This document shows, in pieces, positions 8,005 to 17,607 of a DNA stretch of 64,000 nucleotides. Position 1 is the stretch's first letter. Each line of letters opens with the position of its first letter. Made by a program: the position numbers and the translations under genes. The notes under the pieces are model-generated. The model had not been told where the DNA came from, did not search any database, and was given only the letters and a program-made list of their open reading frames with translations. This stretch comes from Candidatus Obscuribacteraceae bacterium (GTDB lineage: Bacteria; Cyanobacteriota; Vampirovibrionia; Obscuribacterales; Obscuribacteraceae). Location of the stretch: NCBI GenBank assembly GCA_044229845.1, contig JBGASG010000002.1:448001-512000 (forward strand). Direction: 5' to 3'.

Positions 8005-10785
8005 ATGTCACTCTCAGAAACAGCTGTTGCAATTCAGAATATAGTTCGCGCGAGTAACTCGTTCGGTTTGGCGCTACTGCAGCACCTTTCAGCGATTTAC
8101 TCAGGCAACATAATCATTTCGCCGTTCAGCTTATCAGCCGCATTAACGATGACGGCCAACGGCGCCAATACGACAACGAAGCAAACCATTTTCCAAGCGG
8201 CGGGGCTGTCAGGAGCACCGGTAACTGCATTAAATGCCGCCTACTCGTCGCTCATCCAGATGTACTCAAGCACCAGCCCAACGTGCATGTACAACGTCTC
8301 TAACTCGCTCTGGCTGAGCATGCAGCACAATATCGACCCGACCTTCGCTCAGCAGATCGCACCACGATATTTTGCCGATGCGCGCAATATCGACTTCCGG
8401 TCGCCGGAAGCAGCCACGGCATTAAACCTCTGGGTGGCCCAGCGCACCAACGGAAAAATCACCGATGCCGTGCGCACGCTCGATCCAAACTCGGCGATGG
8501 TTCTTTTGAATGCCACTTATTTCAGAGCCGCGTGGCAAAGCAAATTTTCAGACCAGATGACGCAACCCGGGGTTTTCAACCAATCCGGAACCGCCGTCAA
8601 TGTACAGATGATGTCGCAGACCAGTCGCTTCGGATTTTGTCCGGCGGAACAGTTTGATGCCGTGTCGTTGCCTTATCAGGGACCGGTGCGCATGAGCATC
8701 GTGGTGCCCAACACGGCAGACCTGCCCCTCGACGCTCTGGCAGCGGGCATCTCGATGGAGATCTGGCAGCAGATTCGCGACTACCTGGGCAGTCAGCTGT
8801 CTTACGGTCGCATCACCATGCCCAAATTCAACCTCAAGTCATACTTAAGCTTGCGGGAAGGGCTGACCAGAGCCGGACTGGGCGAAATTTTCGATCCCAA
8901 TCGCGCCGACCTGACCGGCTTGACCGCCGGAAAGCCTGGATTTATCAGCCAGATCGATCATGCAGCTTGCCTGAGCGCCGACGAAAGCGGCACCGAATCG
9001 CCGCCGTCACCCACGCCGCCGCCAGTCAGCCAGGCGGTGATGGAATTCGACATGACCGTCGATAAACCGTTCTTGCTGGTTATCGAAGACGCGCAGACTG
9101 GCGCTTTCCTGTATCTCGGTTTGATCAGAAACATTGTAGAAACGGCGCCACAACGCACCGCCAGTGATACCGGTGCCCTGTCCATTCCGCAACCGGCAGC
9201 AGCTGCTGCGGCCGCTCCCGCCGCTCCCGCCAGTGAACCAGCCAGCCCGCGGCTGGTCGAGTTCGACCACAGCGAAGCCACCAGCGAATTTCCAGCCTTT
9301 GCGGACGAAACGCCTGCGGCGGCACCGGCCAATCCGGCCACCATGCCGACCGAAGCGCACTCGAAACCGCAGATGACCAACAATCCCGCCGCCGCTTATG
9401 CGCAGCAGCCCTTGCCGGCCGAGCAAATGCGACAGGCCGGCGATTGGCTCGATCAAGTTGCCGAAGATCAAATGGAGACAGCCGCCAGCTGGCCCTCCCT
9501 GCAATCGCTGGGAGCCGCACCGGGCGGGGCTCAACCAGCCGCATCCGCAGCACAACCAGCTCCCGCGGCACCGGCACAGGCACCACCACCGCCACCACCT
9601 GCGCCAGACGCACCGCCTGAACCTGAACCTTTACCTGCAGTGTCACCGGACTCGTCACCGCCCCAGGCTGACTCCTCCCTGGACGACGCCAACTGGGCGC
9701 CGCAAGGCGGTTGGGGAGACAGCGAACAATCCAGCTGGCTTGACCAAAACAAAACAGAAGGCGCCAGCGAATGGGCGACCAAGCCGTCCGCCGGCGACTG
9801 GTCGTCGTCAGCGATTCCACCGGCACCGCCACCGGCCGCTACTGAGGCTCCGTCCGCCGCCGCGCCAAATCCATTGAGCGATCTCAACTCCGACTGGGCC
9901 GCGCCCAGTACTCCCAGCAAAGATGATTGGGCCGCTCCCAGCACTCCTAATAAAGACGACTGGGCCGCTCCCAGCAACAGCAATCCACTTAGCGATCTGG
10001 GCAGCGACTGGGCAGCGCCGAGCAGCGGCAATGCCGATTCCGGCAATGCAGGGAGCGCGGCGGGAGAACCCGGCGCCGGCAACTGGTTGTCCGACAACAC
10101 GCCTAAATCCGACTGGGCATCGCCTGGCGAAGACTGGGCGGCTCCTTCGAAGGTGCAAGCCAATCCGGATTGGGCAACTCCTCAGCAGTCTGCCATGGAT
10201 CAGTCGAGCGCCTCGGGCAACTGGAAAGCTATTCCCAACCCACCGCTCATGGACAGAACGCCCGGACCCGCAGCAGCCTCGGCATCGTCTTCAGCAATCA
10301 CCGGCGATAATCCCTCGCAGTCTGCGTTTGCGCCACAAAATCCCGCCCCCGCTGCCGGCGAAGCTTACGACCTGGCGGCCCTGAACGCCATCGCCACCCC
10401 CAAACCGACCGGCGGTTTCAACCTGTCGGAACTGGACTCCATTCGAGCACCCGGCAGCACTGCCGAAGAACCCAAACCCTCGATAGCCGACTTGAACAGC
10501 ATTCCCACTCCCAAGCCTGCGCCCGTGCCGAAGGGCACCACCGGCGAATGGTCGAAAACCGCTGCCCACTCCGCCGAAGGCGAACAGCTGGTGCAAGGGT
10601 TCGCCACCAGAGGCGACCCGGACGCAGCCAAAGAAAAACGGGACTCCCTGCGCAGCCTGCGGGGCGGTGGTGGCAGTTCGGCGAATATGCGCGGCGTCAA
10701 AGCTTCTTCGAATTCACCCGGCGGTGAAGGCTTTATGGCCGCCATCATGAACTTCTTCGGACGCATGTTCGGCCGCCGAGACTAA
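8005..10785 (+). CDS. Serpin-domain protein (about aa 1-375) with a long Pro/Ala-rich, Trp-repeat disordered tail
   Basis: Serpin motifs NIIISPFS, LNLWVAQRTNGKI, LLNATYFRAAW, MPKFNL, ADESGTE and VDKPFLLVI; the tail has many DWAAPS-type repeats. Confidence 0.88.
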   Translation: MSLSETAVAIQNIVRASNSFGLALLQHLSAIYSGNIIISPFSLSAALTMTANGANTTTKQTIFQAAGLSGAPVTALNAAYSSLIQMYSSTSPTCMYNVSNSLWLSMQHNIDPTFAQQIAPRYFADARNIDFRSPEAATALNLWVAQRTNGKITDAVRTLDPNSAMVLLNATYFRAAWQSKFSDQMTQPGVFNQSGTAVNVQMMSQTSRFGFCPAEQFDAVSLPYQGPVRMSIVVPNTADLPLDALAAGISMEIWQQIRDYLGSQLSYGRITMPKFNLKSYLSLREGLTRAGLGEIFDPNRADLTGLTAGKPGFISQIDHAACLSADESGTESPPSPTPPPVSQAVMEFDMTVDKPFLLVIEDAQTGAFLYLGLIRNIVETAPQRTASDTGALSIPQPAAAAAAAPAAPASEPASPRLVEFDHSEATSEFPAFADETPAAAPANPATMPTEAHSKPQMTNNPAAAYAQQPLPAEQMRQAGDWLDQVAEDQMETAASWPSLQSLGAAPGGAQPAASAAQPAPAAPAQAPPPPPPAPDAPPEPEPLPAVSPDSSPPQADSSLDDANWAPQGGWGDSEQSSWLDQNKTEGASEWATKPSAGDWSSSAIPPAPPPAATEAPSAAAPNPLSDLNSDWAAPSTPSKDDWAAPSTPNKDDWAAPSNSNPLSDLGSDWAAPSSGNADSGNAGSAAGEPGAGNWLSDNTPKSDWASPGEDWAAPSKVQANPDWATPQQSAMDQSSASGNWKAIPNPPLMDRTPGPAAASASSSAITGDNPSQSAFAPQNPAPAAGEAYDLAALNAIATPKPTGGFNLSELDSIRAPGSTAEEPKPSIADLNSIPTPKPAPVPKGTTGEWSKTAAHSAEGEQLVQGFATRGDPDAAKEKRDSLRSLRGGGGSSANMRGVKASSNSPGGEGFMAAIMNFFGRMFGRRD
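9870..10175 (+). repeat. Coding repeats encoding (D/S)DWA(A/S/T)P(S)
   Basis: About 33-bp imperfect tandem units (DDWAAPSTPxK) and a duplicated NPLSDLxSDWAAPS. Confidence 0.85.
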
Positions 10786-10826
10786 TTCGGCTGAACACAA
10801 CTGAGCACCAGATATGGTGCAAACCT

Positions 10827-11288
10827 TTACCAGGGGAAGTTGACCCGGAAAAAGAGCGGCGCGCTCTGGGACTTCAAACCTTGCGTGAAATCTAGAACGC
10901 CAATTTGCACTCCGCGTTCTTCGACGGAGGTCGGATAGAGATAAAGAGCCGCACTGAACTGTTCCACATAACCGCGGCGAGTGGCGCCTTCACTGAGCTT
11001 GAAAACAGCTTCCAGTCCGCGTGGCGACTTGAGCGGATGCTCCAGCTCGAAATATTTCTCCAGCAGATAGTCTTCGCCGTAGGGCGGCGGCTCGTCCTCA
11101 TCAATGGGCAGCGAGTGACTGCTCCACTGCCAGAGCACCAGGTCGGTGCCGCTTTTCTTCAGCGTCACTTGCAGGTGAGGAAACCAATGATCATCACTGT
11201 CCGACTCGCGGAAAACGTGAAGCCTGCCCCGCGTCAGCGAGGGGCGATCGATAAGCATCTGCCGGCCGACAGCATCTATCTCGTCCAT
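10827..11288 (-). CDS. Hypothetical protein
   Basis: 153-aa ORF with a GGAGGA RBS; no recognisable motif. Confidence 0.7.
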   Translation of the reverse strand: MDEIDAVGRQMLIDRPSLTRGRLHVFRESDSDDHWFPHLQVTLKKSGTDLVLWQWSSHSLPIDEDEPPPYGEDYLLEKYFELEHPLKSPRGLEAVFKLSEGATRRGYVEQFSAALYLYPTSVEERGVQIGVLDFTQGLKSQSAPLFFRVNFPW

Positions 11289-11347
11289 TGGTGAATCCTC
11301 CGAGACAAGAATAGCAGGCAGGACCTGAGGGTCGACAGTGAGTTAAG

Positions 11348-12565
11348 ATGAATGATGATTTCGTGCACAGAAAAGAAACGGTCACTTCCGTGTTGCTTCG
11401 CCAGATTACAACTTCGCTTCTCAGTCTCCTGGCGTCCTGCCTGGTGCTTGGTTTCTCGGCCAGTCCGGCTGGTGCGGAACAGACAGCGATCACGGTGCTC
11501 AATTACGTCACGGGCTGGTATCACGACGCGGGCGGCTATCATCCGGCCGTCTTTCTTCTCATAGAGAATACAAGCGGACGCGATCTGTCGGGCAAGTTCG
11601 TACGATTTCAAGGACGCTTCACCGACTTGCAAACAAGTGAAGTAGCGGTCGGACGAAAGGAAATACGTCAAGAGTTGAAGCCCTATCAACAAAGTCGCGT
11701 CTCGATCATCGCGCCATATGGTTACGAACTGCCGATGGAGGTCTACCGCTGGCCGACTATGGAAGTAAAAGTGATGTGCCGCATCGGCAATGTCGGCGAT
11801 GAAGGCACAGAAACTCTTCTGGTGACCAAACTGGAATCCGTAGCCCAGACAACCGAAGATGCTTACCAGACTCTGAACAACGCCTCCAGCTACGACGCTA
11901 ATGCGCTGCCCAAGAGCCACATCGTGCACCGTCCCGCCACACCGCACAAAGAGCCGACGGTTGCCCCTGCTCCGCCGGCCGAAACTCGCCCGCTGGTTGC
12001 CACCGCCGGCAAAATGCCGGTGACACCGCAAATCGCGCCGGAGGGCAATGCAACTCGCAACCTGTTGAGCAGCAAGAGCCTGCCCGGGCTGGGAGACGAT
12101 TTTTACAACTTCGAGCAGCGCTTCGGGCTGCCAATCGCCACAGACGCCAAACAAGCCGATTGGACCTGGGCTAAGTTCAGGCACGAAACATCGGGAGTCA
12201 ACCTGGTCGTAGGTTCGAAAGAACGAACCGGCAAAGCCGACCTGATAGTCGTTGAACTGAGACGCAGCGAGGTCGGCTCCGACACAAATGCGCTCGATCT
12301 GGCCCGTTCACTGACAGGCAAGCTGCGTACTCAAAGCCCGGGGCAGCCAGTAAAAAGCGTGCGCTATCTGGCGAGCGGACGTGTCGAGCTTACCGCTTGC
12401 AAAGCAGCCACGTACCGGCTGATCTGCTTGTCTCCGCGAGCCGGAGAAGAGCGGCTGATTGTGATCATCTCGCGACTGCAGCAAGACCCGGAACAGCTTC
12501 TGGCGGCGCTCAAGAACCGGCAGCTTTTGAAAAGCATGTCGCCGCTTTTTACTGCCGAAAACTGA
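11348..12565 (+). CDS. Hypothetical exported protein
   Basis: 405 aa, signal-peptide-like N-terminus (LLSLLASCLVLGFSASPAGA) and a Pro-rich linker between two domains. Confidence 0.75.
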   Translation: MNDDFVHRKETVTSVLLRQITTSLLSLLASCLVLGFSASPAGAEQTAITVLNYVTGWYHDAGGYHPAVFLLIENTSGRDLSGKFVRFQGRFTDLQTSEVAVGRKEIRQELKPYQQSRVSIIAPYGYELPMEVYRWPTMEVKVMCRIGNVGDEGTETLLVTKLESVAQTTEDAYQTLNNASSYDANALPKSHIVHRPATPHKEPTVAPAPPAETRPLVATAGKMPVTPQIAPEGNATRNLLSSKSLPGLGDDFYNFEQRFGLPIATDAKQADWTWAKFRHETSGVNLVVGSKERTGKADLIVVELRRSEVGSDTNALDLARSLTGKLRTQSPGQPVKSVRYLASGRVELTACKAATYRLICLSPRAGEERLIVIISRLQQDPEQLLAALKNRQLLKSMSPLFTAEN

Positions 12566-12672
12566 CAGTAGCTGCGTTCCACAAATTTTGCACGCAATTA
12601 CCGGTACTCTGGCTGTGAATGCAGTGCGTCTCCCGTATTGCACCCGCCCAGGGCACCGGCAAGGACTTGGCC

Positions 12673-13242
12673 ATGGATACTACACAGTCATACTTCGAAC
12701 CATCAGCCGATGCCACGGACAAAATCTGCGGCTACGAGATCGGTGCGCTTGGCCGGCTCACACAGTTGCACGCTCGAGTCTTCCGCGATCGGCTCGGCTG
12801 CGATTCACGCTTTGAAGTGCAGGTTGCCCGAGAGCTGGCGGATTTTATTGAAAACTTCAACCCGCTGCACGACGCACTCTGGCTCTACAAGCGCTACAAC
12901 GCCATCGTCGGCTGCCTGGCTGTGGAGGGCAACCGCACAGAGAGCGACTGCGCGCGGTTGCGTTTCTTGATAGTCGATCCGCAATGCCAGCGCAACGGCA
13001 TCGGCAAAGCCCTGATGCGCAGGGCTCTGGAGTTTTGCCGCACCCGCTCTATAACCCACATTGCGGCCTCTACCACTCCGGAATTTTTTGAGGCTAGACA
13101 ACTCTTCGAAAAGTGCGGGTTCGCCATCACCGGTGAGACTGTCCACGAGATTTGTGGTCGCTCCCTGACGCTGCAACAGTTCCAGCTGACCTTGCAGGCA
13201 CCGCCCGCGCGCGCTAAAACCGTTTCTTACGGCATTTTTTAG
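12673..13242 (+). CDS. GNAT family N-acetyltransferase
   Basis: ARLRFLIVDPQCQRNGIGKALM acetyl-CoA motif and LFEKCGF; resembles the GNAT half of MarR-GNAT proteins. Confidence 0.85.
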   Translation: MDTTQSYFEPSADATDKICGYEIGALGRLTQLHARVFRDRLGCDSRFEVQVARELADFIENFNPLHDALWLYKRYNAIVGCLAVEGNRTESDCARLRFLIVDPQCQRNGIGKALMRRALEFCRTRSITHIAASTTPEFFEARQLFEKCGFAITGETVHEICGRSLTLQQFQLTLQAPPARAKTVSYGIF

Positions 13243-13475
13243 AACCGGCCGCCAAATTAAACCCGTCACATCTGCCAGGCGCTCAACACTCAAGTGATAT
13301 CACTTTGGCATTGCTGGAGTCCGCTTGAACACACGCGGCTACACTTCCTTAATAAAAAGGATGATAGAAGCAAAGAGGTTCGACTTTGCCTCATATAATT
13401 AGCGCTGGCAAATTCAAGGGTGTCTCGGCCCGCGGTAAAAATCCCTGTCACGTCGATGAGGTGAATGTTCGCAAT

Positions 13476-14594
13476 ATGCCGGTAAAATCGCCTGTGGAAA
13501 CAACAACGGTATCTGGAACAAGTTCGAGTTCGGAGTCAAAGGCAAAAGAGTTGGCAGTGACAGCGGGATCCCAGAAGCCTTCCATCGTCGATACCATTCC
13601 ATTACCTCTCGTGCTGATGCTGGCAGCACCGTATCTGGCAGGAAAGACCGCTGACAGCGCCATCACCCGCGCCCATAAGGTCTTCAAAGACAGTCGTTTC
13701 ACCTCGACCATCGACATTCTTGGCGAAGACGCCACCACTGACGCTGACTGCGACGGGTATGTCCTGCAGTACGAACGCCTGATCGACATGGTGGCTTCGG
13801 CACCACTACCGGTATCACGCCCGCAAGAACAGATGACTGTCTCGATGAAGCCATCGATGTTCAGCACCGTCTATCCACCGGCAGCCGTCGGTCCTGGAGC
13901 CGCCGAACTGGACAAAGCATTCGAACGCATCAAGCGCGTCACGCACTACGCCAAGAGCAAAAACGTAGCCATGACGCTGGAAGCCGAAGACCACAACTGG
14001 GCAGACTTCCACCTCGAGACCTATTTCACCTTGATCGAGGAAGGTTACACCAACCTCGGCACGGTGCTGCAGGCGCGCCTCTTCCGCACGAAGCAAGACG
14101 TAAAACGCTTCGACGAACGCATGCGCGTGCGCATGGTGATTGGCATCTACAACGAACCGAAAGAGGTTGCCTACACAGAGAAGCCGATCATGAAAGAGTT
14201 CTTGATTGACTACGCCGGCGACCTTTTGAAGCGCGGAACATACGTCGAGCTGGCAACGCATGATGCCGACTGCCTCGGAAAATTCTTCCATCAAATCGCT
14301 ATCCCTCAGCGCGTTCCAGCATCTTGCTTCGAAACTCAGTTTTTGCTGGGCGTGCCCCGTCAAAAGCTGGAAGAGGGCTTGGTGAGCGGTAAATACTTCA
14401 TCGACCTGGCAACCGAGGCCGGCACCCGCGATGCCGAATACCTGAGCGAACTGGCTCGCACCGGCATTCCGGTGCGCATGTACCTGCCCTTCGGGTCCGA
14501 CAAAGTGGCGGGACCATACTGCAAACGCCGCCTGAAAGCCAATCCCAACATGATGGCTTACGGCATCAAGAACTTGCTGCACATCCAGAGCTAA
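13476..14594 (+). CDS. Monofunctional proline dehydrogenase family protein (divergent)
   Basis: PYLAG, DILGE, SMKPS, GTVLQARL, ATHD, RMYLPFG and YCKRRL. Confidence 0.85.
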   Translation: MPVKSPVETTTVSGTSSSSESKAKELAVTAGSQKPSIVDTIPLPLVLMLAAPYLAGKTADSAITRAHKVFKDSRFTSTIDILGEDATTDADCDGYVLQYERLIDMVASAPLPVSRPQEQMTVSMKPSMFSTVYPPAAVGPGAAELDKAFERIKRVTHYAKSKNVAMTLEAEDHNWADFHLETYFTLIEEGYTNLGTVLQARLFRTKQDVKRFDERMRVRMVIGIYNEPKEVAYTEKPIMKEFLIDYAGDLLKRGTYVELATHDADCLGKFFHQIAIPQRVPASCFETQFLLGVPRQKLEEGLVSGKYFIDLATEAGTRDAEYLSELARTGIPVRMYLPFGSDKVAGPYCKRRLKANPNMMAYGIKNLLHIQS

Positions 14595-14603
14595 CGCCCT
14601 TAA

Positions 14604-15062
14604 CTAATGGTCTCCGCCGTTAGTGCCGGTGCCCATATCCTGAATGATCGCTGCGGCCAGGTCCACGCACTCGGCGCAGATATGCACGCTTGGACCCGCC
14701 ATGATCAGGCGGCTGTCTGTCTGATCCTGGTGGCAAAAGTCGCAGGTCGCCGTGTACGTGCCGTTGCTTTCGTGAATCCGCTCGATCCACTCCTTCACCC
14801 AGTCGACATAGCGCTCTTCTTCGCTGCGAATGTCTTCTTCATCCAGGTCTTCGGGCGAGAATTTGTGGACGATGAACCGCTCCACCGATGACGTGGATTT
14901 CTCGTAGTCGACGTTGAGCGTGTAGCGTTCTTGATAAATGGCTGTCTCTTTGTAGTAACCAAAGTGAGTGACGCGCTCGCGGCTATCGATCTCAGCGTAG
15001 AGACCATCCTTCTCTTCAGTCTGGAAGGCATCAAGCAAAGATTCGGGGCGCAGTACGGCCAT
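14604..15062 (-). CDS. ClpX C4-type zinc-finger domain protein (paralogue 2)
   Basis: C-terminal CDFC-x(16)-HICAECVDL; start reassigned to ATG 15062. Confidence 0.8.
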   Translation of the reverse strand: MAVLRPESLLDAFQTEEKDGLYAEIDSRERVTHFGYYKETAIYQERYTLNVDYEKSTSSVERFIVHKFSPEDLDEEDIRSEEERYVDWVKEWIERIHESNGTYTATCDFCHQDQTDSRLIMAGPSVHICAECVDLAAAIIQDMGTGTNGGDH

Positions 15063-15072
15063 AGAACTCTTC

Positions 15073-15570
15073 TCAGCCTCCCCTTCGGTGCCTGCGACGG
15101 GGCTGGTCGTCGTCGTCATCAATGTCATCGTCGGCACCTTCAGCTTCAGCGGCGTATTGTTCGTCGAACATCTCCTGCATCTGTTCGATGCAGAGATTGC
15201 AGATACAAGCCCCGGTATTGCCGCGCACCAGCTGCTGCACCTGGAAAGCTGCTTGATAGCAGAAGTTGCACATCTCCACGACGCCGGACCGCTCGTTTAT
15301 CACTTCCGCCCAGTCATCCAGCCATTGCTGGAAGTCTTCATCATCGGGACCGGCACCGGTCTCCGGATACTGGTACTGTCGGCAGAACTCGACGCGCCCC
15401 TCTTCGTTCTCCGGGTCGGCGTACAATGTCCATTTGCCGCCTAAGGTACCGTCTTCGCGGTACCATCCGTAGTGGCGCACGTTGCCGGACTTATCGATCT
15501 GCGCATAAAAGCCGCGTTTGCCTTTGGCACTAAAACCTTTAGGAAGAAGATCTTTGCCGACTCTTGCCAT
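15073..15570 (-). CDS. ClpX C4-type zinc-finger domain protein (paralogue 1) with an acidic then Arg-rich tail
   Basis: CNFC...CICNLCIE; N-terminal domain homologous to the neighbour (GFYAQID..HYGWY vs GLYAEID..HFGYY). Confidence 0.8.
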   Translation of the reverse strand: MARVGKDLLPKGFSAKGKRGFYAQIDKSGNVRHYGWYREDGTLGGKWTLYADPENEEGRVEFCRQYQYPETGAGPDDEDFQQWLDDWAEVINERSGVVEMCNFCYQAAFQVQQLVRGNTGACICNLCIEQMQEMFDEQYAAEAEGADDDIDDDDDQPRRRHRRGG

Positions 15571-15626
15571 GTAGTAAATGCATCACCGGAAACGCTGACG
15601 GGTCTAGTTTACCCCACAACCAGAGC

Positions 15627-17276
15627 TTATGCTAAACGAGCTTTGGCTGCTCGACGCACCCAGTAATCGTCATCGTTGGCAAGCTGTTTCAAAATGTCCG
15701 CCGTGGCGATTTTCGTGCGTGCCACCTGCCAGCGGATGTAGGAGTTCTTATCTGCCGAAAGTATCTTCAGCGCAATCATCGGCGTGTGAGGGTTTTTCAA
15801 AACCGAGACCCGCACTTGCTCCTGGCTGTCACGCGCCAGGCGATGTATAAGCGATGGATGCGTGCAGGGGTTAGACGCTACCCGCTGCCGCACATCTACG
15901 CATTCATCTTCACATAGCCCCTGCAGCAACTGGGGAGTTGCTGCAGGGTGCGCCGCCACAAATGCCCGCACAAATGAGCTGGCACTGGCGGCGAACTCGG
16001 ACAAGGTGGTGTCGTCCGCTACTTCAGGATCTATCAGCGGTTGCCGCAGATAGATATCAGGATCTCTGGTCAAATGGTCGATTATTTCCTGAGGACAGTT
16101 ATCGTTGTCCGCCACCGCCTGCCTGACTGTCGCTTCGTCATCGCGAGAAAGAAGTTGCAGTACTTCAGGCGGAGTTGAGGGGTTACGGGCGAGCCAGAGC
16201 CGTACCTCTTTGTCTTCGTCAATGGCCAGGGCCACTGCCGCATCCCGAGTCAGATCTTCAGCTCGCGCCACAGCGCAGCGCACGGACTGCTGAGGATCTT
16301 TGGCCAGCGTGTAGAGAAGATGGTTGGCTCTGCGTTCGTTGATCGCGACCAGATACCGAACGAAGATATCGCCATCTTTGAGCAACCTGAGCAAGGTGTC
16401 GTTGCTGGAGGACGGATTGCATGCCACATCACGGCGAATGTGCACATCGTGATCGTGTGACAATTGATCGAGCGCAGCGGGGGGTGCCGATTGATTGCTT
16501 GCCACTCGTTTGCGGACGGATACATCCTTGTCTCGCGCCAGCACTATGAGCGCGGGATAAGGCGCTTCTGGATTTCGCGCGATTGCCTGTCTCACGAGCG
16601 GACTGGCATCGCCTGCGAAATCAACCATCACTTCGCGCGGGCAAGCAGCGTGCGAAGCTACCCAGAAGCGTACGGACACTTCGTAGTCTGCTGCGAGGAG
16701 CCGGAGTGTTTCAGGGCTGGAGCTGGGATTTGATGCAACAGCAGCCCTGATGGTGGGGTCGAGCTCCTCGCTTAAACGTCTGAGCATGTCGCGCTGAGTT
16801 CGGGGGTTGGCACCGACAGCACGACGCACTTTCAAATTGGAGTCAACGGACAGTTTTCTGAGAATCGGGACAGGACAATTTAGATGTCCTGCCACCATCT
16901 CTCGGACGCCGGCGTGCTTGTCTTTGCTCAAGTATTCCAGGCAATCCGGCGGTGTGTCGCTATTGCCAGCCACGTACTCGCGCACATTCGCACGTGGATG
17001 CATAGCCAGATACCATAGACCATTGCTGACGGCGGATTCATCTGATTCCTGATCTGGATCTGATTTGTGTTCGGACGGCGCCGCAGATTCCTCATCATCG
17101 ACTGCAGGCGATGATGGAAACATCGAGATCGCGAGTCCAAGCGAAGAAGACAGGTCATAGATACTTTCGGAAAGAAAGTCCTGCTCGACGCTGAAATCGA
17201 AATCTACACTCTCGCTGTTCCTCTTGCGAAAGTCGAATATAGTCGTGCCAACATAGCTCGTAATGCCAACTTGCAT
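15627..17276 (-). CDS. LRV/HEAT-repeat protein (start uncertain)
   Basis: Many ~24-aa repeats of the type LxxDxxxxVRxxVAxNPxxP. Confidence 0.85.
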   Translation of the reverse strand: MQVGITSYVGTTIFDFRKRNSESVDFDFSVEQDFLSESIYDLSSSLGLAISMFPSSPAVDDEESAAPSEHKSDPDQESDESAVSNGLWYLAMHPRANVREYVAGNSDTPPDCLEYLSKDKHAGVREMVAGHLNCPVPILRKLSVDSNLKVRRAVGANPRTQRDMLRRLSEELDPTIRAAVASNPSSSPETLRLLAADYEVSVRFWVASHAACPREVMVDFAGDASPLVRQAIARNPEAPYPALIVLARDKDVSVRKRVASNQSAPPAALDQLSHDHDVHIRRDVACNPSSSNDTLLRLLKDGDIFVRYLVAINERRANHLLYTLAKDPQQSVRCAVARAEDLTRDAAVALAIDEDKEVRLWLARNPSTPPEVLQLLSRDDEATVRQAVADNDNCPQEIIDHLTRDPDIYLRQPLIDPEVADDTTLSEFAASASSFVRAFVAAHPAATPQLLQGLCEDECVDVRQRVASNPCTHPSLIHRLARDSQEQVRVSVLKNPHTPMIALKILSADKNSYIRWQVARTKIATADILKQLANDDDYWVRRAAKARLA

Positions 17277-17607
17277 CCTAGCGTGCCGCCCTTTACTTGT
17301 GATCCCGCTGGTCTTTGTTGTTGTTACCGATTGTGTACGATGCCAAGGAGCGCGTCTACCAAGAAATCACTCATATTCTTCCGCTCCCCATGCGGCTTCC
17401 CGCTGGTCGCATTCGAAGTACGGCTATCCATGCCGGTTTCCACAAGTGGTATCAACAGATATAAATCGCAGTTCACCGGCGCCTGGTTTAAAGGCAGCTC
17501 AGTCGCCATGCGGAAAACCACACGGCAACCCGTTCCCCGGATGAGAGTGGTATCACACTCGCATGCAAGCGCGGCTGTACGCTGCGGCAATTGTCGTCGC
17601 GAGGTGA

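Noticed and set aside
7808..8044. 78-aa ORF
   Set aside because: It runs through the tRNA-Lys and its terminator.
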